NCBI GenBank assembly: GCA_013115125.1
Contig: JABANN010000057.1
Location: 1 to 64,000, forward strand
DNA: 64,000 bases
Source of the DNA: Perkinsus olseni
Taxonomy: Eukaryota
Direction: 5' to 3'
Shown: positions 1-11,710 of the stretch, piece by piece
Layout of the letters: every line of letters starts with the position of its first letter
Position numbering within the stretch: position 1 is the first letter of the stretch
Program-made: the position numbers and the translations under genes
Notes under the pieces: generated by a model
The model's input: only the letters and a program-made list of their open reading frames with translations
What the model was told of the DNA's origin: nothing
Database searches by the model: none

Positions 1-205
1 GCCTTGTGTACCCGGTGCCTGATCGAGCTACTAGACCATCAGCCCTTCCAGATCTCCGGCTGGTCACAGGCCTGCTGCTGTGCACAGCTTACCGTCCCAG
101 TCACAGTCCTCGTGGGAGGCACAGGAGCCGTTGGCATGTTGTATACAGGTAGGCCTTGTGTACCCGGTGCCTGATCGAACTACTAGACCATCAGCCCTTC
201 CAGAT
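1..205 (+). repeat. Direct repeat (1-53 vs 153-205) matching two near-identical GT-AG intron-like segments
   Basis: gccttgtgtacccggtgcctgatcga(g/a)ctactagaccatcagcccttccag occurs twice with one mismatch. The second copy is preceded by GTAG at 149 and ends in CCAG at 203. Confidence 0.85.
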
Positions 206-463
206 AACTCATCGCTCCAGTTCTGTGCCCTTCAATTTCCCCCTCGAGTCTGACGCTGTGGGCAGGTTACCGCGTTGGTCGTAAGGAAAGGGCCAGCAGG
301 AGTAGTGGAAGTGCGGTGTACAGGTGGGTTCCGTCCGGTGGAGCTCTGAGAGGATGACTTGTGATTCAGCCCTGGTACATTCGGGATGCCGGGGCGACTC
401 CGGCGTCATATACGCCGCCTACCTGCTTGGTCACGGGGAAAGGAGCCGAACTCGAGGTCACGC

Positions 464-1935
464 CGAGAATAAAAGGTGATCCAGGAGTCAACATACGCAG
501 TAGCAGGGCAATTCGCTCGGCCAAGGCACGGTTAACGAGTTGAGCACGGTCAGTGTGACCCGTAGCACGGCGCGCTGAGTATTTTGTTAACGGGCGGATG
601 AGCAAGGTTATCAAAAAGCTCGGAAATATAAGTTATAAAGCTTATCGGTCTTTTGGAGCGAGTTCTGAGAAACGCAAGCTTGAGGGAGGGTTAAAGTACA
701 CAATAGCGTGGCCAGGTCTGTCCCCACCTGAGCATTTGCCATGCGATAGCTAGGCGACGGACTGAGATTTGTGTTGCTTGATTCTGATACACCTGGTTTG
801 TTGTAGCCATGGAAATACTTCATTCGATACTGATTCGCTTACTCGCTTGATTCGTGGCATGTCGAAATACAGTCGAAGTGGGTGAGCAGTGCAGCGGACC
901 GAGGACGGCGGCCAAACTGAGCATGCACTGCGCCATGTGTAGGGCGAGTCCGGGTGTAATCGCTTCACTGTACGCTTGAAAATCTTCTCTTCCAGTTCGG
1001 AAATACCTTTTGTGAGACTAGACTACTCGATACGAGAGGTTGCGAGAATAAAAGGTGATCCAGGAGTCAACATACGCAGTAGCAGGGCAATTCGCTCGGC
1101 CAAGGCACGGTTAACGAGTTGAGCACGGTCAGTGTGACCGGTAGCACGGCGCGCTGAGTATTTTGTTGACGCACGGATGAGCAAGGTTATCAAAAAGCTC
1201 GGAAATATAATTTATAAAGATTATCGGTCTTTTGGAGCGAGTTCTGAGAAACGCAAGCTTGAGGGAGGGTTAAAGTACACAATAGCGTGGCCAGGTCTGT
1301 CCCCACCTGAGCATTTGCCATACGATAGCTAGTCAACGGACTGAGATTTGGGCACAACTGATTTGTTGTAGCCATGGAAATACTTCATTCGATACTGATT
1401 CGCTTACTGGATTGATTCGTGGCATGTCGAAATACAGTCGAAGTGGGTGAGCAGTGCAGCGGACCGAGGACGGCGGCCAAACTGAGCATGTACTGCACCA
1501 TGTGTAGGGCGAGTCCGGGTGTAATCGCTTCACTGTATGATTGCAATTCTTCTTTTCCAGTTCGGAAACACCTCTTGTGAGACTAGACTACTCGATACGA
1601 GAGGTTGCGAGAATAAAAGGTGATCCAGGAGTCAACATACGCAGTAGCAGGGCAATTCGCTCGGCCAAGGCACGGTTAACGAGTTGAGCACGGTCAGTGT
1701 GACCCGTAGCATGGCGCGCTGAGTATTTTGTTAACGGACGGATGAGCAAGGTTATCAAAAAGCTCGGAAATATAATTTATAAAGCTTATCGGTCTTTTGG
1801 AGCGAGTTCCGGCTATCAGGAAGCTCGGAAATATGCTGCTTAGAGCTCATCAGTCTTGTGGAACGAGTTTGTGAAGACCCCAGCCCGATTGGGCGTCGAA
1901 GTACAAGGTAGCGTGGCGAGGTCTGTTCTTCACCT
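464..1935. repeat. Tandem array of ~565-579-bp units (two full copies, one partial, then a diverged fragment)
   Basis: cgagaataaaaggtgatccagg starts at 464, 1043 and 1608. The third copy breaks at ~1809 and is followed by a diverged copy of the ggttatcaaaaagctcggaaat...gtctg segment (1811-1935). Confidence 0.9.
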
Positions 1936-2319
1936 ACACTTCATAGGTCCAATAGGTCATAGGTCTTCATAGGTTCACTTCACCTACATACTATCGGAGG
2001 CCCCGATACTATCAGTAATCATCACCCCGATTCGGGGCAGTGTGACAGTCGAAGCGGCATGCTTACTTGATTGAACGCAACAGATTCAGCACTTTATATC
2101 GAATCAATAAGATTGATGAATTGAAGAATGATAATTCCGTTGAAACAGAGGGCAATCATCCATGTCAGCACACTTGGCTGAGCACTCAGCGGGCGACAAA
2201 GTGCCACGAGCCGCGCTGAAGACGTCGGTAGTCAGGACGATGCATCGGCCGAAGACGATTCTTGCGCGGCGGCGTATCACTTGTCCCTTTGGAAGCTCCA
2301 GCACTGCTCGGGGTGCTCA

Positions 2320-3312
2320 TCAAGGCGGGAGGACCTGCGAGAAGAATGTATCAATGAAAGGGGCCAAGTGCGAACAGTCCTTACCTTCGGTGGAGGAATC
2401 TTCTGAGGGCGTTGTAAGGGGTGGTGGTGGATAGTGCGATCTCAGCGGTATGGGGAAGGGCCCATTGCTTTCGAGCCACCCAGCGCACTTCATCATAGGA
2501 GCCGGCATGTCGGCATGCCGGGCCAGATTCTCCTCGGATAGCGGACACCCCTGACCACCTCCCTCAGCTGATGACCGCTCAGGGACGTCGTGGTCCCCAT
2601 CACTCCTCTCGGCTGGTGACCGCTCAGGAAAGTCGCTGTCCCCAGCACTTTCCTCGGCTGATGACCGCTCAGGAACTCCGCGGTCCCCATCACTTTCCTC
2701 GGCTGATGACCGCTCAGGAACGTCACCGTCCCCATCACTTTCCTCGGCTGATGACCGCTCAGGAACGTCGCCGTCCCCATCACCTTCCTCGGCTGATGAC
2801 CGCTCAGGAACGTCGCCCTCCCCATTACCTTCGTCGGCTGACGACCGCTCAGGAACGTCGCGATCCCCTTCACTTTCCTCGGCTGATGACCGCTCAGGAA
2901 CGTCGCCGTCCCCATCACCTTCCTCGGGAGATGACCGGTCAGGTGAGACATCACCAGGAGGGGCGCACATACGGAGATTATCGGTGGCCCATTGCACGAT
3001 CTGCGGTCCTAGGCGATGGGCAAGAGCCATAACGCTCGGTTCGTCACTTCTCCTCACGAAGAGGCCGAGTGGCGAATGTGTGCGACGGTTCGCAGAGTGG
3101 TTAGCATAGATTCGCGCCCGCCAGCTCCCAGCCACCTCGATCACATTGTATGGAGGACGGCTCTTCAACAGACACCACTCTTCGTCGGCAATTTGCGCAC
3201 CTGTCGCTTGGATAAGGTGCTTCAGAGAACGAAGCTTGTTGCGCTTCGTCGCGCCCAATTTGCCGGGCTTCCGACCCGGCTTCTTACCGCGGCGTCCCAT
3301 GAAAGTGAACAA
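2320..3312 (-). CDS. Hypothetical protein with a basic N-terminus and acidic 15-aa tandem repeats
   Basis: 330-aa ORF; K/R-rich start (GRRGKKPGRKPGK); about 9 copies of DVPERSSAEESDGDG. Confidence 0.55.
   Translation of the reverse strand: MFTFMGRRGKKPGRKPGKLGATKRNKLRSLKHLIQATGAQIADEEWCLLKSRPPYNVIEVAGSWRARIYANHSANRRTHSPLGLFVRRSDEPSVMALAHRLGPQIVQWATDNLRMCAPPGDVSPDRSSPEEGDGDGDVPERSSAEESEGDRDVPERSSADEGNGEGDVPERSSAEEGDGDGDVPERSSAEESDGDGDVPERSSAEESDGDRGVPERSSAEESAGDSDFPERSPAERSDGDHDVPERSSAEGGGQGCPLSEENLARHADMPAPMMKCAGWLESNGPFPIPLRSHYPPPPLTTPSEDSSTEGKDCSHLAPFIDTFFSQVLPP
2560..2950. repeat. 45-bp minisatellite, about 9 units
   Basis: Unit ctgatgaccgctcaggaacgtcgccgtccccatcaccttcctcgg repeats with a 45-bp period. 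Confidence 0.95.
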
Positions 3313-4449
3313 AGAAGCTACATGAAGCTTTACAAGTCAACTGACGTGCAGTGTAGTCTAAGTTCGATGCAGCGGCCTCCCAAATTGGGAAGCCGCTGCA
3401 TCGAACTTATTGCGAGTCTCAATAGGGAGATCATGACAAGTTTTCATAGAAAAACCATTATTCCGCTTAGGCCGTTGAGCAAGCATCCGAAGCCAATCGA
3501 CTGATAACGCAACAACATTTAACGAGAGAAACAAACTACCACTTATTAACATGATAACGGTCAAGCCGGGGCCCCCGGCCCGGGGGAGTCACCTGCTCGG
3601 TGATACAATCGGCCGAAAGCGATCGGCGTGTCACTGGTTCCCGTTGGAAGTTGCAGCACTGCTCGGGGTGCTCATAATGAGCAGCTCAGCTGCTGCAGCA
3701 GAGCGATTGGAGCGTGGAGACCTACGTGGCCACCTTGCTCGGACGAGGCGCTTCAAAGAGAGACACTTGCTGTACTTCTCCTGCGCCTACCTCTCGTGGG
3801 TTGGCGGGCACTGTCTGTCCTCTCGTGGAGTCAGTGCACCGAGGAGTCCTCGGCGAAAACCCACATACCATGGCAGAGCCATACTGGAGTCTCCACAGTG
3901 CTGTTGGAATGTCCAAGTTGGACAAACCACAGTACAACGACAGGCCCCGAATACCACGGTTAACCCAACGGAACGAAGAAAAAAGTTAGTTAGAAGAAGA
4001 AAGTTCTTGAAACACAAAAAAGTAGCTAGTGGTTTGGGAGCAGAAACTCGCCTTGAAGCGACCCGAAGCTGATGTGTGTCGAGGCTGCGTTGTGTTGTGC
4101 GTGCGTTGTAATCTGACCACTCCAGGAACTCTCCTGAAGTAACCCTGTGGGCACCACTACCTGTACAATGGTCTTCTGGCATATCGCTACCACTCCATTA
4201 TAGCCTCCTGGCCCTCCCTGAGGGGCTGGCGTCAACTAGAAACGGCTGACAAGTTAAAGGCCTGAACGCAAGTTCACTCCACCAGCCCAAGTGCCTCTCA
4301 GCCACGTCGACGTGGTCGACGGTCGACCTCCTTTAGTGTGAGCACAGGTGGAGTGAACCGCGGACCCAGTGAAAACTCAGGAATCACGGACCGTGATTCA
4401 CGTCATAAGCAAAGCAATGGTAGCCATCACAGTGGCATAATATACATCT

Positions 4450-6009
4450 AAATGGCGGCTACGACAGTGAAAACAACGAAGCGGCACCGCCTTCACTGAA
4501 ATAGACCATAGTCGACATCGGGCTCCGCGCCACTTGGTCGTTGCAGTCGACCGGCCTCCCCGGGTGGACGAAGCCTGCAGGAAGGACCGCATTGCCGCAA
4601 ACCGTCCCGGTCCCACTGGACTCACTCGATCCCCACATTCCGCCATGTCAGCTCCTGCCAACCCAAACCAAGGCTATCGAAGTTAGCGAAGCCATGGGTG
4701 TGAGGGGCTGCGCTACTGCAAACACGCCACCGCTGACCTCCAGTAGAGTAGCGACGCAAGAATAGCACAAGAACGGTATATAGGACGCCTCACTTAGTAG
4801 CACAGAAAGAGAGGCAGCTGCGGCCCACCATGGCCCACGTGAACATAGCCTGACACAGTGTGAACCGGGTGCGCAGCGAGTCCTGCCATCTCTGTCCCCC
4901 TAGAGGAATCCCGCCGTATCTGGAACACTCTTGAGATCTATGCGGACTAGGGGTCTCGGCTAGGACTTACTTGGCGAGTTGGTTGTAAGCGTGAAAACAG
5001 AAGCAGAGGAGGAACCATCTGCCGCTAGAGACCTCCCACCAATACTTCCTTCGTCGGTCAAATATATAGCGAAGCACTGGAAAACATAGTAACACAATGA
5101 ACAGTTGAATCTGCGATGAACGAGAGCTACTAGCACACTAAAAGACGGCGGAGGTATAACTCACCAAGGAGAGTGTCAGATAAGTGGAGAAGGAACGCAG
5201 GGGTGTGTGCTGCCCTCTTTGAGCGAGCACCTAACCAGCTCCACTGCTATCTGCAGGACTTGTACTGAACCCTGAAGCACCGCCTGTTCGGGAGAGAGTG
5301 AAACCGCACACTATAAGCCATTGATGACACTACCGAGTCTGACGGAGGGGGACCGTATCTTCCAATGAACAGGTCCGACCTTAGAGTGTTGATTTTCCCG
5401 TTACGGGTACATGATGGCAAGCAAGCTGAAGGGTAACAGAAGAAAATCGTTACTCCTACGGGTAGCAGCAGCGAGCCCTACCCTTGAACTTCTCCTGTAA
5501 TAGAGGGCATCATCCACGGAGACACTAGACAGCCGGTACAGTTATTAACAAGGCCTCGAAGTGACACCGCCTGTAAGCCACAAATCCACCCCTGAAGGGT
5601 ACCTATTTTCTCCACCGGTGAGCCCAGCACTTCGTAGTACCTTGCCATACAGCAAATAATGACGAAGGCAAAGTTATCCGTAGGAGATTACGTATGGTCC
5701 AGGAACAAGGCACTGGTCATGCTGGTAACTGCTGATGAGGAACAGAATACGATGACCGCCACGGTCGCCTGAGACCATGTGAAAGGGCGCTGACCGTAGA
5801 TCGCGTTATACTACCAGCTGCTTGCCAAGACCAGTACTGGCTTTATAGAGTAGGACCATCTCCACTCCAACGGAGGGGAACCCTGTGCATCCCCAAATAA
5901 GTCGTGGAAGCAACCGGCAGCGCTCGAGGGACATACCCAACCGCATTCGAACAATCGATACCATCGCTGAGCTTCCAGCATCAAGATACTGTTGGGGTGG
6001 TGCGCTCAT
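4450..6009 (-). CDS. Putative multi-exon membrane protein (boundaries uncertain)
   Basis: Minus-strand hydrophobic segments between short GT..AG intervals: ATVAVIVFCSSSAV, IQLFIVLLCFPVLRYIF, WFLLCFCFHAY. Confidence 0.35.
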
Positions 6010-6015
6010 CTGGTC

Positions 6016-6255
6016 GGGTGAAGTACAAAATCCAAGGGAAAGGTACAAAATCCAAGGAAGCGCGTGCGACAGGGAAGCAGAAGCGACAGAAGAAAACCCT
6101 GAATTGCGGGTGAAGGCGGGAACGGGAAACCAGAAACCCCTCCCGAAACTGTTACCCAGGACAACCAGAAACCCGAACTGTTGCCCAGAAAATGCAGATC
6201 CCTGGAAACGGTTCCTTGGATTTTGTACTTCTACCTTGGATTTTGGGAATTACCC
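6016..6255. mobile_element. Mutator-like MITE, 240 bp, with 44-bp TIRs and a 10-bp TSD
   Basis: TIRs 6016-6059 and 6212-6255 match at 36/44 positions; each contains two caaaatccaagg units and the element ends are GGG...CCC. Flanked by tcatctggtc (6006-6015) and tcacctggtc (6256-6265). Confidence 0.75.
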
Positions 6256-6561
6256 TCACCTGGTCACAACGACAGCGAACTCAAGGAAGTAAAGGAGGAG
6301 CATCATGACAGAAATGATCACAGAAGAACTACATGAACGAGAGGCCCATCCTTGTCTTCAAGGGCAAGTACGGCCTCTTGGTGGAACATTGCCGCCGGAG
6401 GGAGCAGTGGGGACCAGGCGAAGCTAACGTTGTCACTCTTATCAACCCTAAGGTGCCAAGGGATGCCTTTGTGCTGAACTTTTTGGTGAAGCTCCACTGC
6501 ACTTGTTCGACGTAGCCAGTCCACGGTAATGCTGTACGTCTGACGTAGTATCTTGTCAGAA

Positions 6562-8291
6562 ATGCGCAGAATAGGGACAGAAGATTTTGTGCAGAGTGCA
6601 AGAATAGTGACGGGCCCCGAAATAAATAGTGATGCAATCTGTTTGCCCCAATTGGTTCGAGAACCTTTTTGGTTTTAAAGAAGCCACGTAAGCCTCCCTC
6701 GCCGTAACAGCGCCCCTCCCGTTGAGCTTGGTAGTCCTCACCATGGCAGGCACTGCGTTACGCAAAGCCGCTTTCTTGAGCGCCGATTGCATGATGGCGC
6801 GGTCCTGTTGGAATCTAAGGTTAATGGCCGGTAATAACGCGTGTCACCACCCGGTGAAAGGACTGTCATCAGGGAATTTTATGTCGGCCGATTTACTACA
6901 CCTACACTCGAGGCCCTCCGGGCTGAGTATGCGGCTAAGCTCCGGGCCAACATGAAGAACAGTAGGGCGGGTGGCTTTGCTTGCGAGTTTGTGAGTTGTC
7001 ACTGTAGGCGAACTCTTAAGATCTGGTGGCTTCTCCCTTACCAATGTAGTAGCGGACGTCAGAGACCTCCACAGGGACCCGGCCAATCGGGGAGCGGTGT
7101 TCCAAGTAGCGAGCCAATTCAACTGCCTGGAGATGCCGGACATGAACTTAACGCCAGAGGTCGGTGGAGCGGGTCACAAGCTTGAGAGAATTTCACCGTG
7201 ACCATTCAGGACGGCATTACCAACTACATAACAGACCCTACTCAAGGTCCAGCCTGTGCCATGGAGTGTGCCCCGGGAACGCTTTACAGGAACTATTTTG
7301 TAGGCATCCTCTTCTCCGCGAGGCACATTAAGGGAGTATTGGTTATCAGGTTGATGCCAATGCCGATGGAACTTTGAATGAGGGCGGTGGGGATGAGGGT
7401 TTAGAGTGAGTTTCGGCTTGTCTTGTCACCCCTATGATATGTCGGCAGGCCTGGGCAGCGTGCTGATCGCCAAATCGACTGTCTGGCGTACGTCGGCAAG
7501 GCCCTTCACAATGACAAGGAGAACTATTGGCATCTAAAGAACGGGTAAATCAGGAAAATAATTGCCCTTTGTAGTGGGAAGCATCAGTTACGTTTTACCG
7601 AGCGGGCCTACTTCCCTAAGTCGATTATCACAGCGCCTCCAGTCTCTCTCCGACGAGAGTATGGATAGCCTCAGAGGGCAACTGGCTGTGGGGGTTCAGT
7701 GGGACACCGAGGTGAAAACGTCTGTGCTCTTTTATACATGATCGGCAGGCTCCCTCTGGATCTCCTTGATGGTCAGGTATCTTCGGTTGATTCAGGCGAG
7801 CAGCGGGTCTGCCAGGTTTACTGTGCAGCAGTCCCTGTAGCCTATGCTCCTGGCACCACCACAGACCAGTGGGAACCGCTCGCTAGACTGGTATGCTACA
7901 GGGGGATTACTTGCTACAGTTATTAACGTGTGTCGACAGGTCCTGAGAGGGTGTTATGAGAGCACTCTGCTGGTTGCTGCCTTGAAGGCCGTGGAGCGGG
8001 GCGCGCGGGAGAAGGTGTATCTCACGCTTGTCGGGGGCGGCGTCTTCGGGAACGATGAGCAGTAAGTCTGAGTAAACTCATCCGCTTTGAGTTGCGGTAC
8101 TTTCGGCGTCTCGGGAATTTTCTTTTTCATTCAGGTGGATAGTCGACGCTATTAAGGACTCCATCACAAGCCTAGAGTCAAAGTTCGACCGTCGCCTTCC
8201 CATTGACATCATCATTGTACATCACAGTAGAGTTAGGCGAGCCTTCGAAGGTCTTGCTCACTGGGCAGCTGATCGTCCTGCTGCCGACTAA
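6562..8291 (+). CDS. Uncharacterised FQVASQFNCLEM-family protein, macrodomain/PARG-like by motif, paralog 1 (may have extra 5' exons back to ~5980)
   Basis: Spliced exons give WFENLFGFKE, ADVRDLHRDPANRGAVFQVASQFNCLEMP, DPTQGPACA, VGVQWDTEV, VYLTLVGGGVFGND; stop TAA at 8289-8291. Confidence 0.75.
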
Positions 8292-8556
8292 CTGTGCGGC
8301 TCACTGTCTAGCAATTATCATCTTTTCCCGTCGTTAGAGAGCACTTAGCGTTAGTCTCTCAATTCTCGGGAACTCTTGACAAAATGGGAACGTCGCGAGT
8401 TTGGTGAAGTTGGAGTTGCTTCTCACTTCCCCGGTTTGGTAGTGATTACAGATCTTCTCGATGGGAGGAGGGAAAATGCGTTCTGATGTTGCACGAGAAA
8501 ATTCTATGCGCTCAGCTCACTCCTTGTGTGATTCAGGTAGAGTATTTTTACCGTAG

Positions 8557-10263
8557 ATGGCGGCTCCTCGCCTTCTAGCTATGCTGTTCGCTTCCAGTGC
8601 TTCCTGCAGTGACGACCTGGTCGATGGCCGGCATCTTGGGGCCGGCTCAAAATGGTTCGAGGACACGTTCGGCTTCTCGGAGAGGGCCGGGTACGTAAGA
8701 CCTGTCGCCTTCGTCGTGGCATCGGCCTCTCCCTCAGGGGATCCAACATGCATGCGACGGTCCATCGCAACGTAGAGCTGCACAAACGTACAGACGGCGT
8801 TCTCGAGTTGAGGTCGAAGCCTCTCGGGAAGTGGGCTGTTGCGCTGTCCTTGCTGTTAGCGACCATCGGTGCCTCGTGTTTCTTCAGGCGCTACGAGGTG
8901 GGGAGGTTCGACACACCTTCACTGGCTGAGTTGCGATCGGCCACCAGTAAGAATCGGCCTCCGGAAATTCCTGGTAGTCTGCTGCTGTCCAGCGACTATG
9001 AAGGCAGAGGGCGTGGTTGTTCAGGAGTGAGGCCCCCACACAAGGAGATTACCATTCAGAACATCGTGGCTGATGTGAGAGACCTCCACAGGGACCCCGC
9101 TAATGACGGTGCGGTGTTCCAAGTAGCGAGCCAGTTCAACTGCCTGGAGATGCCGGGCATGAACACAACGCCTGAGGTAGGACCTGAAAGCAGACGTCGA
9201 TGAGTCGATGGATCCGGTGGCAGGAGGGTATCACTAACTACATCCACGACCATACACAGGGACCAGCCTGTGCTTTAGAGTGCGCCCCCGGCACCCTATT
9301 TAGGAACTACTTCGTAAGGGCATACTTCAGCGGGCCGTTAGCTAGTATCACCTCGTGAACAGGTTAAAGTGATGAATAATGGGACAGCTGGGGTGATCGA
9401 CGTCTGTGATGTTAAATCGGGAGCGGGGTAATTTGGTTCAAAATAATAGGTTTTCAATGTGTCTGTTGGTAGATTGGGACAGTACGATAAGAAACAGCTG
9501 GACGGCCTTCAGGGGCTTGGTGAAGCGCTTGATAATCGCAGGAATCGCTACTGGACGATGAAGAACGGGTGAGTGCCCTCGGAGGCATCTACCTGGGCAT
9601 TCATTTCTCTTCGAGGTACGCAACTCCGTCTCGCAGGGGTTCGGTGGCGGACTTGAAAAAGAGGCTGGAGGGTCTGTCGAAGTCGACGATTGATGAGCTT
9701 ACTACCAAGATCACCGTGGGGGTCCAGAAGGACACACAGGTAATGGCGTCCTTCTTTCTCATCCCGAGTGGTTGGCTAGGTATCCTCGGTGTCTGACAGA
9801 GTGCAGAAGGTGACTCAAGTCTACTGTTCAGCCTTGCCTGTGGGATACTTCCCCAATACCAGCTCGGCCGACTGGGAGCCTTTTGCCAGACTGGTGAGGA
9901 CACTGTCGGTTGTACTGTGCGCACTTATCTGATGGCAGGTATTAAATAGTCTCTACGAGTCGACTCTACTAGTGGCTGAGAGGGAGGCGCAGAGGAGAGG
10001 TCGTACGAAGGTGTTTCTGACTCATGTCGGTGGAGGAGTGTTCGGCAATGATCAGAAGTAAGGGGGCATCACCGGCGACCGTGCAGGTAACTTTCATGAT
10101 CAGATGGATCGTGGATGCGATCGAGAAGGCCGTCTGGTCGGTGTTCCTCCGGGGCAACTCGGGCAAGCTGGACGTCTACATCGTCAACTACAATTCCGTG
10201 CCGCGGATCTATGAGGAGCTCGTTGACAGGCTGATACTGTCACTTCAACCCCGTTTTAGGTGA
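8557..10263 (+). CDS. Paralog 2 of the same family, with a putative signal peptide
   Basis: MAAPRLLAMLFASSASCS, then WFEDTFGFSE, FQVASQFNCLEMP, DHTQGPACA, VFLTHVGGGVFGND. Intron positions largely shared with paralog 1. Confidence 0.8.
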
Positions 10264-10542
10264 AGCAGAGGCGGAGCAGATTTTTTGTTATCTCGCGAGC
10301 GGCTACCGTCTCGGTTTTTCGAAATCGTTGAGACCTACGTCACTCGCTCTTTTCGGCCTCGGATCACCGTTCGACGCTCAATTGGTCCGCTAGTTTTTCT
10401 CAGTCTTAAAGACGAATTTATTTTTAGCCGGTAACTTTTACAGCGGCTTTTCATCGATTCTTCCAGAGTGTTGCGACGACAGTTCTTGTCAATAGATCGG
10501 AGCTCTCCTCACTCGGAGTGACGCTTCCCTATTCCTCTCATC

Positions 10543-11509
10543 ATGCTATCGCCACCCTCTGCCCGAGGGCTGCTAACTTTGGCTCGGCCGTCTCTCTGCA
10601 AGAGTACGGCTGAGAAATTTCTTCTTTACACCCCACCGCCCTCCTTAGCGTCCGACGCGAGTAGCAGCTCGTCGGAACGGGTGAGAGACGCAGAGGTCGA
10701 GTTAGCGCCAATTCTTCATCCGTCCATGTATCGTTAACTGCATCGCTTCATAGTGCGCTAAACTCAGCGCGTCATCAGGTAACCTCTCGACCGTGGCCCT
10801 CAACTTCATCGCCGTCGACTGTTCCTTCGGGGGCTACTGGAAGGATACCATCGGTCGGGGACAGTCTCAACTTATGGAGCAATACGCGAGGGAAGGCCTT
10901 GCAGGAGAGCTACGATCATGTTGGACGAGCGCTGCTTAGTGAAGAACGGAAATGAATACTATTTCAGTTCATACAGCGGCCTGAAGCTTTCCCTCAGCAC
11001 GTAGCAGCTCTCCATCCCCTGAGTAAGCGGCATCAGGGGGCTCAGCGTGGCAATGGTGGTGGTAGTAGTTACGAGTGTACGAGAGGAGAGGGAGAGGTTA
11101 GGCTATCCACAGGAGGGGTTGAAGGCCGACCGAGAGTGCCTCACTCTGCAGTTTAGAGTGGTCTTTGCTGTCGCGTCCAACCGTACTGGCAAGGGTAGGT
11201 GCTGCATAGGGGTGATTTACGGATTTTATGGTATCAGATTGCAGTCACGTTAGAGTGGCGTCCACCAAACAGACCTGCTTGCAGGAGTTCTATCAGCTCA
11301 TTACTACCGCTGCCAAAATGAAGTGAGCAAGAATCGTCATGAGAATGCGATAGCGGTTGGGTAGGTTGAAGCATCGGCAGATGGTCGAGGATCCTATAAT
11401 AAGATGGGTACTACGAGAAAGAGAGGAGAACCTCGTCATCATACCCTTAGAGGCCTTAGCGCCAGGGGAGGCCCTCCTCAGTAATACTCAGTTGCGCGCA
11501 ACCCTGTAG
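10543..11509 (+). CDS. Hypothetical multi-exon protein
   Basis: ATG at 10543 with an R/S/L-rich leader; short GT-AG introns; last exon WVLREREENLVIIPLEAL...RATL*. Confidence 0.35.
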
Positions 11510-11710
11510 TATTGCATTCCATCAGGGGCACCACCGTTCAAGGTCTTGGCGCCACAAAGGGCGAAGCATTGGACTAATCTAATTAGAGAGGTCATGTCCT
11601 CTGGCCGCCCGCCTTCGTTATGACCAGCCACTGCTGTTTCCGATGGTCGTGGCTCTGTTGTATTGTCGGTCGGGGATTGCTTTGCAGTGTGTGATCTTCC
11701 TACTGCTCTA

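Noticed and set aside
464-1809. Spliced-leader RNA gene array (gtagccat in each unit)
   Set aside because: Only ~8 nt match; the rest of the perkinsid/dinoflagellate leader (..TGGCTCAAG) and its donor are absent.
2560-2950. CTGATGA in each 45-bp unit suggesting hammerhead ribozymes, C boxes or a CRISPR array
   Set aside because: No GAAA core, no flanking stems and no unique spacers; it is the antisense of a coding repeat.
1-6300. Autonomous transposon or endogenous virus in the repeat-rich left end
   Set aside because: No reverse transcriptase, integrase, transposase or capsid motifs recognised in the ORFs or the frames I read.
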